Shown piece by piece: positions 7,443-15,728 of a stretch of DNA of 64,000 nucleotides (within the stretch, counting starts at the first letter, position 1; each line of letters starts with the position of its first letter). Origin of the DNA: an uncultured virus (IMG/VR IMGVR_UViG_3300037519_000101) (taxonomy: Duplodnaviria; Heunggongvirae; Uroviricota; Caudoviricetes); IMG/VR virus record IMGVR_UViG_3300037519_000101. One strand, given 5' to 3'. The translations under genes were made by a program, and so were the position numbers. Under the pieces are notes generated by a model. That model made no database searches, was not told the DNA's origin, and saw nothing but the letters and a program-made list of their open reading frames with translations.

Positions 7443-8543
7443 ATGATTACAAAAGATGATGTACAAGATATAGCTATCAGCAAGACTGATGACCATAGAC
7501 GTTGTAGTATTGTACTTGGAACAGGTGTTGGGAAGACTAAAGTTGGTTTGACTCACTTAGAAAGAAATACTACACCTCTTCAGAAAGTTTTGGTTGTAGC
7601 ACCAAAGAAGTCTATATTCATATCATGGATTGATGATGCAGGTAAATTTGATAAAGCTCATTTACTTGGAAGAATTGTGTTTACTACTTATCTAAGCATA
7701 AACAAACATGATCCTAATGATTATGATATTGTTTATTTGGATGAAGTACACAGTCTTTTGGATTCACATAGACTTTTCTTAGAGAACTACAAAGGAAAGA
7801 TACTAGGTCTTACTGGTACTCCTCCTAAACACCATGGCTCTGAAAAGGGTAAAATGGTAAATGATTTCTGTCCTGTTGTATATTCTTTTCAAGCAGATGA
7901 TGCAGTAGAGAATAATATCTTGAATGATTACAAGATATTTGTTCATATGCTTGAGTTGTCCGATAAGAAAGATTATTTAGTAAAGAATAAGAATAACAGT
8001 TTCCTGACCTCAGAGAAATTAAATTATCAGTACTGGTCTCAAAGAGTTGAGTCCGGAGCAGGTAATTTACATATGCTTAGAGTGATGAGAATGCGTGCTC
8101 TTATGGAGTATCCTAGTAAAGAAAGATATACTAAGAAATTATTAGCAAGCATTACTCAAAAGAACAAAGTTATTGTCTTTGCAAATACACAGGAGCAAGC
8201 AGATTTATTATCTCCTTACTCTTACCATAGTGGTAATAAAGGAAGTGAAGATTGTTTAACTTGGTTTAAAGAAGGTAGTATTAAATGTCTTTCAACTGTT
8301 CATCAGTTGAGTGAAGGTGTTAATATTCCTGATCTTAGACAAGGTATCATTCTTCATGCTTATGGTAATGAGAGAAAGTCTGCCCAAAGAATTGGTAGAT
8401 TATTGAGACTTAATCCAGATGAGACAGCAGTGGTACATATTTTATGTTATAAGAATACTATTGATGAACATTGGGTTAAGCAGGCTTTAGAAGGATTTGA
8501 TCAAACTAAAGTAATTTATAAAACATTTAATGTGATATATTAA
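7443..8543 (+). CDS. Superfamily 2 (DExH) helicase
   Basis: GTGVGKT, DEVH, GLTGTP, EGVNIP, QRIGRLLR. Confidence 0.92.
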   Translation: MITKDDVQDIAISKTDDHRRCSIVLGTGVGKTKVGLTHLERNTTPLQKVLVVAPKKSIFISWIDDAGKFDKAHLLGRIVFTTYLSINKHDPNDYDIVYLDEVHSLLDSHRLFLENYKGKILGLTGTPPKHHGSEKGKMVNDFCPVVYSFQADDAVENNILNDYKIFVHMLELSDKKDYLVKNKNNSFLTSEKLNYQYWSQRVESGAGNLHMLRVMRMRALMEYPSKERYTKKLLASITQKNKVIVFANTQEQADLLSPYSYHSGNKGSEDCLTWFKEGSIKCLSTVHQLSEGVNIPDLRQGIILHAYGNERKSAQRIGRLLRLNPDETAVVHILCYKNTIDEHWVKQALEGFDQTKVIYKTFNVIY

Positions 8544-8578
8544 TGTTGAATACTGAGAAAAATTCCATAAATTATAAT

Positions 8579-8821
8579 ATGGAAGATACTAAAACACACA
8601 AGATTGTTCTACACAATGATAATCAGCATGATTTCTTATATGTTATTGCATGCTTAATTAGATTTTGTAATCATGATGCTCATCAAGCAGAACAATGTGC
8701 TCTTATAGCAGACGGTAAAGGTTCAGTAGATGTTGCATCTGGTAATTATATGGATATGCTAGAAATTAGCAGTTCTTTAGAACAGATGCAATTAAAAACA
8801 GAACTTAGAGAGTATGTTTAA
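8579..8821 (+). CDS. clpS: ClpS-like Clp protease adaptor
   Basis: KIVLHNDNQHDFLYVIACL...QAEQCALIADGKG resembles ClpS; start 8579 or 8543. Confidence 0.8.
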   Translation: MEDTKTHKIVLHNDNQHDFLYVIACLIRFCNHDAHQAEQCALIADGKGSVDVASGNYMDMLEISSSLEQMQLKTELREYV

Positions 8822-9086
8822 AGTAGTTTGTATTAATGCTCAAAATAAGCCGGATAAGATTCCTCTTACAGAATGGCTTATTCAAGGAGAAATATATACT
8901 GTAAGAAAGGTTGTCAACATGGCACTTATGAACAACCAAGTTGGATTTGAATTGGAGGAAGTATCTCTTTCTCCAGATTCTTTTCCGTATGAATATTATA
9001 GTGCTTCACGCTTTATACCTTTAGAAATTTATGAAAAACAAGAAATTACAGTCAAAGAAGAAGAATTGGATCTCTCAATTATTTAG
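8814..9086 (+). CDS. Hypothetical protein
   Basis: KVVCIN...GEIYTV...SRF pattern; overlaps upstream stop. Confidence 0.75.
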   Translation: MFKVVCINAQNKPDKIPLTEWLIQGEIYTVRKVVNMALMNNQVGFELEEVSLSPDSFPYEYYSASRFIPLEIYEKQEITVKEEELDLSII

Positions 9087-9408
9087 TAAGAAAGAAACTC
9101 CTGTAACTTTACCTGATTACCAAGACTATCTTACAGTTAAGATTATTGATGATGCAGATGATACTATCACAGGTACATTAGGTATTACACCTGAAAGAAA
9201 AAGTGAGTTGTATGCAATAACAAAAACAGCTTGTGCTAATGAGTCTATAACAAATATACTTGCTGAAGCAAGTAAAGGTGTAACACATCCTAATGAGCTT
9301 GCATTTGTATGTTTTTTAGTTGGTCATAGACTTGGTAAAGAAGAAAATGATCCTTTTAAAGGTATTATTGGTGCAATCATGAGAGGTACACAAAATGGGG
9401 AAGATTAA
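9031..9408 (+). CDS. Hypothetical protein
   Basis: 125-aa co-oriented ORF. Confidence 0.7.
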   Translation: MKNKKLQSKKKNWISQLFSKKETPVTLPDYQDYLTVKIIDDADDTITGTLGITPERKSELYAITKTACANESITNILAEASKGVTHPNELAFVCFLVGHRLGKEENDPFKGIIGAIMRGTQNGED

Positions 9409-9562
9409 ACAGATCTACATGGATCTGATAAACTCTGGTGTTACACCTGATGGTTTATCTCTTGGAGAAGCTCTTGATATTTTAAAACAAAAAGAGAATG
9501 AAGAAGGAGAACAATATGCCAGACTACAATCTGGTGAACAAGAAAATAGCAGAGAGGCTTGA
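9395..9562 (+). CDS. Hypothetical 55-aa protein (not in ORF track)
   Basis: MGKIKQIYMDL...SREA, overlaps the upstream stop. Confidence 0.55.
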   Translation: MGKIKQIYMDLINSGVTPDGLSLGEALDILKQKENEEGEQYARLQSGEQENSREA

Positions 9563-9656
9563 GTACTTTAACAAGCTTGATGAAAAAGAAAGAAAGTCTA
9601 AAAAATGTGTTGTTCCCTTGAGAAAGGAAAAAGATAGTACTTATAGACTCGTATAA
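9516..9656 (+). CDS. Hypothetical 46-aa protein (not in ORF track)
   Basis: MPDYNLVNKKIAERLEYF...; its 3' end overlaps a structured RNA element. Confidence 0.4.
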   Translation: MPDYNLVNKKIAERLEYFNKLDEKERKSKKCVVPLRKEKDSTYRLV

Positions 9657-9679
9657 GCAACACAGAGGCTCTCAACCTC
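9606..9679 (+). ncRNA. Candidate structured RNA with a loop-loop pseudoknot
   Basis: TGTGTTG/CAACACA stem, internal hairpins, loop TTGAGA complementary to loop TCTCAA. Confidence 0.5.
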
Positions 9680-9844
9680 AAAACAGTCTCAAAGTCATGA
9701 GAAAGCAAAAGTTGGTACTATAATGCTGTACGCAAAAAGGCAGATGACATCTGTCAAAACAGATTGACCCAAAGGCATGGGGTATAAAAAACTGTAACCA
9801 TTTGTATGTTACACAATCTGAACAGGTTGCTTCCTGTTATTTAT

Positions 9845-9962
9845 AGTCAGGTAGCTCAGTGGTAGAGCAAGTGGTCAGTGTTGAAAGAATAAGGAGTCAT
9901 GACCTGAAGGTATCAAAGTAAATCTGGCCGCTAGGTCATTGGTTCAAATCCAATCTTGACTA
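9845..9962 (+). ncRNA. tRNA-like RNA with the anticodon loop replaced by a 45-nt insert
   Basis: Acceptor AGTCAGG/CTTGACT, D arm GCTC-AGTGGTA-GAGC, variable AGGTC, T arm ATTGG-TTCAAAT-CCAAT, 9-bp anticodon stem; no assignable anticodon and no encoded CCA. Confidence 0.8.
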
Positions 9963-10042
9963 CACGGGAGTGAATAAGTAGCTCTAAGCCTTGCGGATTA
10001 CAACAGGGTATAGCAGGTGGAATTCCTGCATTTTTAAAAAAT

Positions 10043-10576
10043 ATGTATATGAAAGTAACAGTAATGTTTGTGATGATTGCAGTATTTACAACTGGTTTAG
10101 TAAGCTTAGGGAAAAGTGAAAATAAAAAAATTAAGGTTGTAAAGAAAGTGATTAAAGATACTACAGATGTAGTAGCAGTAGATAGTTCTAAATTAGATAG
10201 TTCTAAATTAGATAGAGAACTACTAGTAAGTTATATTCTAGAAAAGAATATACATCATCCTGAGATAGCATATGCTATTGTACGGCAAGAAAGTAACATG
10301 TGTAGTAACTTGTTTAAAACAAATAATAATTTATTTGGTATGAGACATCCTAGAGTAAGACCTACTAAAAGTTTGGGAAGCAAGAAAGGTTTTGCACATT
10401 TTGAAAAATGGCAGCATAGTGTACTTGATTACAAATTATACTTAGAATTTGTAGGAGGACATAAAATGACAAGAGCTCAATACTTATTACATATTGACAG
10501 AAGCTATGCTCATGCTGGTTACAGTACTTACATAAGTAAGTTTTTTGATGAGTTTCATGCACTTAAAAATAATTAA
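10043..10576 (+). CDS. Lysozyme-like peptidoglycan hydrolase (GH73 glucosaminidase-like) with N-terminal signal/anchor
   Basis: Hydrophobic N-terminus; QES...NNLFGM...F..W..SV.DY...YA motifs. Confidence 0.8.
   Translation: MYMKVTVMFVMIAVFTTGLVSLGKSENKKIKVVKKVIKDTTDVVAVDSSKLDSSKLDRELLVSYILEKNIHHPEIAYAIVRQESNMCSNLFKTNNNLFGMRHPRVRPTKSLGSKKGFAHFEKWQHSVLDYKLYLEFVGGHKMTRAQYLLHIDRSYAHAGYSTYISKFFDEFHALKNN
10179..10215. repeat. In-frame 15-bp tandem duplication
   Basis: GATAGTTCTAAATTA twice plus a partial copy, encoding DSSKL DSSKL D. Confidence 0.9.
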
Positions 10577-10577
10577 G

Positions 10578-10931
10578 ATGAAAGCAAGTGAATTAAGAAT
10601 AGGGAATTCAATAATGCAAGATGATGAACTTGTATTCGTTACATGGTGGAGATTAGAATTAATGGAAAAAAATAAAATTGAGTATAATCCAATTCCACTA
10701 ACAGAAGAATGGTTATTAAAATTAGGATTTAAATATAAAAAATGGGATGATCATTTTATTATTAAAAATGGAAATTATTTTAATTCAATAAAAAAATATG
10801 ATGATGGATGGCGTTATAATACTGATGAATCAGAGGCTACATGTTACTATTTAACTACAATTAAATATATTCACCAACTCCAAAACCTATACTTTGCTTT
10901 AACTGGTGAAGAATTAACCATTATAGAATGA
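10578..10931 (+). CDS. Hypothetical phage protein (MKASELRIGN type)
   Basis: ELRIGN, PIPLTEEWLLKLGF and IHQLQNLYFALTGEEL motifs, recalled from Bacteroidota phages; start moved to 10578. Confidence 0.8.
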   Translation: MKASELRIGNSIMQDDELVFVTWWRLELMEKNKIEYNPIPLTEEWLLKLGFKYKKWDDHFIIKNGNYFNSIKKYDDGWRYNTDESEATCYYLTTIKYIHQLQNLYFALTGEELTIIE

Positions 10932-11836
10932 ACTTAGTTACACAGGTGTCTAGAAAGTCAATGCTTATTAGACCCAGTGGCAGATCTACAGATTATATTT
11001 CACCGTCCTTTGGGCACGGCTGTTTATATAACTGTAGTTATTGCTACATGAAAAGAAATAAACCTACAGGTTTATCTATTGCTAAAAATCATGGAGATAT
11101 ATTAACAGCTATCAGTGACCATGCATGGTTTGCTGATGTGGAAAAACCAAATCAAACACATGAAGAGTATATCACTTATGATATCTCTTGCAATGAAGAC
11201 TTTGCTCTGCATGCTAAATACCATCAGTGGGAGAGAATCTTTGATTTCTTTATCTTACATCCAAGGGCTATGGCATCATTTGCTACTAAGTATGTCAATG
11301 AAAAGTTCTTAACTTTTAATCCTCAAGGTAAGGTAAGAATTAGATTCAGCATGATGCCTGAAGAATATAGACAACAGCTTGAACCAGGAACTGATCATAT
11401 TATTGATAGGCTTGCTGCTGTAAGATGGTTTCTTAATGCGGGTTATGAGGTTCATTTAAACTTTAGTCCTGTTATTGTAGAGGAAGGTTTTGAAGGTTGG
11501 GGACTAAAATATGAAAATTTATTTATGGATATTAAAGCAATGGCCTCAATGAATGGTTGGGCTGATAGCAGAGTAAAAGCTGAAGTAATATTTTTAACTC
11601 ACAATGTAGATAAGCATTATGCTAATCTTGCTAATAATCTTCCCGGAGAAAGTTTGCTTTGGAAACCAGAAATACAAGAGAAGAAAATATCTCAGTATGG
11701 AGGTGCTAACTTGAGGTATAAACATACTCTTAAAGCAGATTATATTGAGCAGTTTAAACAATTACACCAGGAGATAATACCCTGGAACACAATAAGGTAT
11801 TGTTTTACTTTATTGTTATTAATTAACATATTTTAA
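10928..11836 (+). CDS. splB: Spore photoproduct lyase-like radical SAM protein
   Basis: GCLYNCSYCYM CxxxCxxC; FATK, RIRFS, HLNFSPVI and LRYK segments resemble the SplB family. Confidence 0.8.
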   Translation: MNLVTQVSRKSMLIRPSGRSTDYISPSFGHGCLYNCSYCYMKRNKPTGLSIAKNHGDILTAISDHAWFADVEKPNQTHEEYITYDISCNEDFALHAKYHQWERIFDFFILHPRAMASFATKYVNEKFLTFNPQGKVRIRFSMMPEEYRQQLEPGTDHIIDRLAAVRWFLNAGYEVHLNFSPVIVEEGFEGWGLKYENLFMDIKAMASMNGWADSRVKAEVIFLTHNVDKHYANLANNLPGESLLWKPEIQEKKISQYGGANLRYKHTLKADYIEQFKQLHQEIIPWNTIRYCFTLLLLINIF

Positions 11837-11847
11837 ATTAAAGAGTT

Positions 11848-12108
11848 ATGGAAAAAGAAACATTAGAAGAAGCTGCTAGAAGAAATCATAATGAACAAAA
11901 ATTAAATACACATACTCCATATAGTTTTAATGATGCATTTAAAGACGGTGCTAAATGGCAATCTGAAACAATGTATAGTGAGGAAGAAAAAGAATTGATG
12001 ATTAAAATTTTTCATAGTTATTGGTTTGAAAACAATCCTGAACATGAAGATAACTTAAAAGAATGGGAGTTATCTAAAAAATTATTTGAACAATTTAAAA
12101 AGACATAG
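11848..12108 (+). CDS. Hypothetical phage protein
   Basis: ETLEEAA...GAKWQ...MYSEEE pattern. Confidence 0.75.
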   Translation: MEKETLEEAARRNHNEQKLNTHTPYSFNDAFKDGAKWQSETMYSEEEKELMIKIFHSYWFENNPEHEDNLKEWELSKKLFEQFKKT

Positions 12109-12670
12109 TATGGAAGGCAGACTAAAGAAAATTGGCAATGAGTATAAACTCTATGCACAAGATGATAGCTGTATAGCTACAACTCATGAATCCCCATATA
12201 AAAAACTATCACTCAAAAACTGTGAAGCAATTGCTAATGGTTATGATTTGGATGAGGTGGTTGAGGATATTGTAAAAACTATTGTCCCTAATGATAGAGG
12301 TGAAGATATTTGGTATGGAACGTCTATGGCGGTAGGTAAATTATGTTTCCAAAAAGCACTTGAAATTCTTGGTGATAAGAAGTTTAGTGAGTCTAATCTA
12401 AGAATAGGTTGTAGTTCATTACTTAATCTAGAGAAAGAAGAAGGTGAACTGTCTGAAGTATTTACAGAAAAGCAGTATAGACACATAGACAATTATATCC
12501 AATCACTACAACAAACTGAATGGGATGTTGAGATTGAAATGATATGTCCTCACCCAGAAGATACTTATGTATGTGGTATACAATATGGGTGTGATGAAGA
12601 TGGGTGCAATCATCCTAACCAAATACCTTATTTAGATTCAGATAGTTGTTTAATATTAAAAAGAAAGTAA
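12109..12670 (+). CDS. Hypothetical protein
   Basis: Long ORF in the 12086 frame; probable ATG start just after the upstream stop (about 12109). Confidence 0.7.
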
Positions 12671-12671
12671 G

Positions 12672-12779
12672 ATGTGGAAAAAAATTAAAAGATTATTTTG
12701 CAAGCATACATGGGTTCCAAGTGTAAATCCTGGATATCACATATGTATAGATTGTTTAAAGCATAAAAAGTTGATATGA
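12672..12779 (+). CDS. 35-aa zinc-finger-like protein (not in ORF track)
   Basis: MWKKIKRLFCKHTW...ICIDC; ATGA overlap with the next gene. Confidence 0.6.
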   Translation: MWKKIKRLFCKHTWVPSVNPGYHICIDCLKHKKLI

Positions 12780-12985
12780 AAACAATTAGGAGATCAATAA
12801 TTCCGGTATCTGAAATACCAAAGGAGTTAAGAACAAATACTTTGATTCATGGTTATAAAAAGCATGTATATATTGAATGCCATATTGATGGTAAAGAAAG
12901 TACTGATGCTTTGACAAAATGGTTACTAGAAAAATATCCAAATATTAAAAGAAAAATCAGTTTTTTAATTCATATTGATATTTAA
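12776..12985 (+). CDS. Hypothetical protein
   Basis: Packed co-oriented ORF. Confidence 0.65.
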   Translation: MKTIRRSIIPVSEIPKELRTNTLIHGYKKHVYIECHIDGKESTDALTKWLLEKYPNIKRKISFLIHIDI

Positions 12986-12987
12986 TT

Positions 12988-13308
12988 ATGAAAAAGGAAG
13001 ATTCTTATCAAATTGATTATTGTAGGTATACAACTAATGCTTTACTTAATAAACTTATAAAACTTGATAAAGACTCACAATTGTATTTTTCAATTATATG
13101 TATTCTTAGAAAAAGAAAATGTAATGAAAACTATTTTAGTAAAGAATCTAAATTACAATTAGAAAGAGAAAGATTTATAAACCTTCAATCTGTTTGTTTT
13201 GGTCATAAGAATCAACAGTATTATACAGAAGAAGAAATGATTATTGGTTATGTTATACCTAAATATGAAGAACTTAGTCCTGAAGAAAAAGAAATCTATG
13301 ACAGTTAA
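12988..13308 (+). CDS. Hypothetical protein
   Basis: Packed co-oriented ORF. Confidence 0.7.
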   Translation: MKKEDSYQIDYCRYTTNALLNKLIKLDKDSQLYFSIICILRKRKCNENYFSKESKLQLERERFINLQSVCFGHKNQQYYTEEEMIIGYVIPKYEELSPEEKEIYDS

Positions 13309-13483
13309 AAAGAAAAGAAAATCAGATTATGTCTGTGTAAAATGTGGAGTAAAATATCTTACAGAAGCACAAAAAGATAAAGCACAGATTTGTACATTCT
13401 TTGTTGGAGAATGTGGTTTATGTGATGAAGAAACTGGAATCACACATATTAGAAATTATAATTACTTAAATAAAAAAGTATGA
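13298..13483 (+). CDS. Small zinc-ribbon protein
   Basis: CVKCG...CGLC; probable start MTVKKK. Confidence 0.65.
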   Translation: MTVKKKRKSDYVCVKCGVKYLTEAQKDKAQICTFFVGECGLCDEETGITHIRNYNYLNKKV

Positions 13484-13486
13484 AAG

Positions 13487-13693
13487 ATGGAAACAATTGT
13501 AAATAAAAGATCAAAGTATCTTTTTCAGCACAAACCTACAGGAGCTAAACTTTCATTTGAAGCAGATAATGATCAAGCAGCTATTATGACATTAGGAAAA
13601 TTGTGCCAAACTGTAATGGATTGGGATATGAAAAAGTTTAGACTTTCAAAAACTAAAAGAAAAAAACTAAAAAGAAATGAAAGCAACATTTGA
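13487..13693 (+). CDS. Hypothetical protein
   Basis: Packed co-oriented ORF. Confidence 0.65.
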   Translation: METIVNKRSKYLFQHKPTGAKLSFEADNDQAAIMTLGKLCQTVMDWDMKKFRLSKTKRKKLKRNESNI

Positions 13694-13931
13694 ATTTGAT
13701 ATGAATGAGCCCGAAGATGTAATGGAACATAGAAGAATGTCCAAAGCACTTGACATGGCTTTAGTATTATGGGAAATTAAACACAATGTTCGGAGAAAGA
13801 TTAATTATAGTCTTGATTACACAGAAGAAAATAAGCCTAAAACTGCACATGAAACTGCAGAATTAGTATTTGATATGATTTATGAGCTTATGGAAGATCA
13901 TGGTATAAATATTGACAATTTAATACAGTAA
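13677..13931 (+). CDS. Hypothetical phage protein
   Basis: MKATFEFD...ALDMALVLWEI pattern. Confidence 0.75.
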   Translation: MKATFEFDMNEPEDVMEHRRMSKALDMALVLWEIKHNVRRKINYSLDYTEENKPKTAHETAELVFDMIYELMEDHGINIDNLIQ

Positions 13932-13933
13932 AT

Positions 13934-14128
13934 ATGAGTAGTGTAATGTATAGAACAAATACTAAGAGTAAAAGAAAACTTGATAATTACATTGATTATT
14001 GTCAGTACATGCTTGGAATTTGTAATAGAAAATCAAATAAATTAAAATCTTACTATTTCAAGAAACAGCATGAAACAGCAAAGAAAAATTTAAAACAACT
14101 TTTAAAATCTGAAAAAAATGGTAAGTAA
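13934..14128 (+). CDS. Hypothetical basic protein
   Basis: Packed co-oriented ORF. Confidence 0.6.
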   Translation: MSSVMYRTNTKSKRKLDNYIDYCQYMLGICNRKSNKLKSYYFKKQHETAKKNLKQLLKSEKNGK

Positions 14129-14297
14129 TATATCTGAAACTGATGTAGTAGTAGTAGCTAATAGCATCAAGAAAAAATTAACTACAGAACAAGTTAATAA
14201 AGTAATCTTAATGTTTCCACATGAAGAAGAATGTGATACAACAGGTACATGGAATCTTATTGTAGAGCATTGCATTCATCAAGTATTACAACCATGA
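14118..14297 (+). CDS. Hypothetical 59-aa protein (not in ORF track)
   Basis: MVSNISETDVVVVANSI...GTWNLIVEHCIHQVLQP fills the gap. Confidence 0.6.
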   Translation: MVSNISETDVVVVANSIKKKLTTEQVNKVILMFPHEEECDTTGTWNLIVEHCIHQVLQP

Positions 14298-14348
14298 AAG
14301 GGTTGTTCTATAAGATAGTTGAGGAGATCCGGTTAATTTTAGTATTAA

Positions 14349-14789
14349 TTGTATATGGAAAAGAGTGATATAAAAGCAGATGTTGGTAAAGAAGTATTGT
14401 ATTTAGCAAAAGATCTTCTTAGATTACATAATAGTCTATCACTAAAGGCAAATACTGATGTAAATTATATTTTATTTAAGCATCAAGTAAATATGACAAG
14501 ACCAAGATATGACTTTCTTAATAAAAAAGAATGGTTGTTTGTCTATAAACTTGAACTTAATCTATTAGAGCTTTTAGAGATAATCAATAGAGAGGAAAAT
14601 GATAGAATGTTTGAAATGCTCCAATCTGATGAAGATAATATTTACATTGCTGTTTTGAGTTTAAAACACTTTATAGTATTAAGAGAAGAAAAACTTGAAT
14701 CAGTATGGTATATGGAACATATTAAAGATAACTATCTTAAAATTGCAACACCGGAGTTAATGATGTTTAAAATGAAACACAAATTATGA
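14349..14789 (+). CDS. Hypothetical protein
   Basis: 146-aa ORF. Confidence 0.7.
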   Translation: MYMEKSDIKADVGKEVLYLAKDLLRLHNSLSLKANTDVNYILFKHQVNMTRPRYDFLNKKEWLFVYKLELNLLELLEIINREENDRMFEMLQSDEDNIYIAVLSLKHFIVLREEKLESVWYMEHIKDNYLKIATPELMMFKMKHKL

Positions 14790-15046
14790 CAGAACAAGAT
14801 TTAATAGATGCAGGCTTTGAGAAAGTTCATGTATCTAAAGAAGATAGTGGAGATGATGAAGATTACAGTTATTACTTACTAGATGCTACAGAAGGTATTA
14901 CACTAGTATCTGATTCACCTGTTGAAAATAATGGAGATAATTGGTCTGTACATTCTTTTGAATTAGATAAGGTATTTATCACAGAAGCAGACCATTTAGT
15001 TCACTTTCTTAATGCATTAAAATTATGTACACAGGCAAACTTATAA
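14786..15046 (+). CDS. Hypothetical protein
   Basis: ATGA overlap with the upstream gene. Confidence 0.7.
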   Translation: MTEQDLIDAGFEKVHVSKEDSGDDEDYSYYLLDATEGITLVSDSPVENNGDNWSVHSFELDKVFITEADHLVHFLNALKLCTQANL

Positions 15047-15399
15047 AAAAAGATGGCAAGCTTACTTATGGACATCCAAAGGATAAGCTGGCCTATGAAC
15101 TGTTCCTACAGAAGTTACAAGAAGGACAGGAAGTAGAAATGTATATTGATCTAGCTAATGCAGATCATAGTAGAGCACAAATTAATAAAGTGCATGCATG
15201 TATTAGAGAGTTAGCCAAAGAATCCGGCTATACTTTTGAAGAAATGAAAAAGATTGTCAAAGAAAGATCTGGTCTTTGCTACACAGACTCAGAAGGTGAG
15301 TTTTGCAAATCATTTGCAGAGTGTACCAAAGACCAGCTTATGCTAACTATTCAAGCTTGTATTGAAATAGGAGTTGAATTGAATGTTAACCTTCAGTAG
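15025..15399 (+). CDS. NinB-like/hypothetical recombination-associated protein
   Basis: SRAQINKVHACIRELAKESGYTFEEMK loosely resembles the NinB core. Confidence 0.45.
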   Translation: MYTGKLIKKDGKLTYGHPKDKLAYELFLQKLQEGQEVEMYIDLANADHSRAQINKVHACIRELAKESGYTFEEMKKIVKERSGLCYTDSEGEFCKSFAECTKDQLMLTIQACIEIGVELNVNLQ

Positions 15400-15697
15400 G
15401 AGCTTCAAATCCTTCATCTCCTGGTTGCAATACTTCTTTATCTTGAAATTGTTTCTGAACTACTGCTTGAGCTTCAATTTCAGCAACCAATAAAGTTACA
15501 GTTTGCATTGCTTTTTGATCATCATCAAGTTCAACATATTTTTTAACACCTATTTCTTTAAGATATTCTTCAGATTTTTTATCTTGAATCATTTTATTCA
15601 AAAGAATATAGGCTAAGTTTTTAACCATCATGTAGTAACCTTTACTTACAGGTACTTGAACAATGGCATCATCTTTCATTTCTTTAACTTTAATCAT
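15386..15697 (-). CDS. Hypothetical protein, the only counter-oriented gene in the + strand block
   Basis: 103-aa ORF filling a gap with no + strand ORF; protein-like composition. Confidence 0.75.
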   Translation of the reverse strand: MIKVKEMKDDAIVQVPVSKGYYMMVKNLAYILLNKMIQDKKSEEYLKEIGVKKYVELDDDQKAMQTVTLLVAEIEAQAVVQKQFQDKEVLQPGDEGFEAPTEG

Positions 15698-15728
15698 GTT
15701 GGCTTAGTTTAAATTACAATGTAAAATT

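Noticed and set aside
9845..9962. Normal or intron-containing decoding tRNA
   Set aside because: The insert is far too short for a group I intron and no excision gives a canonical 7-nt anticodon loop.
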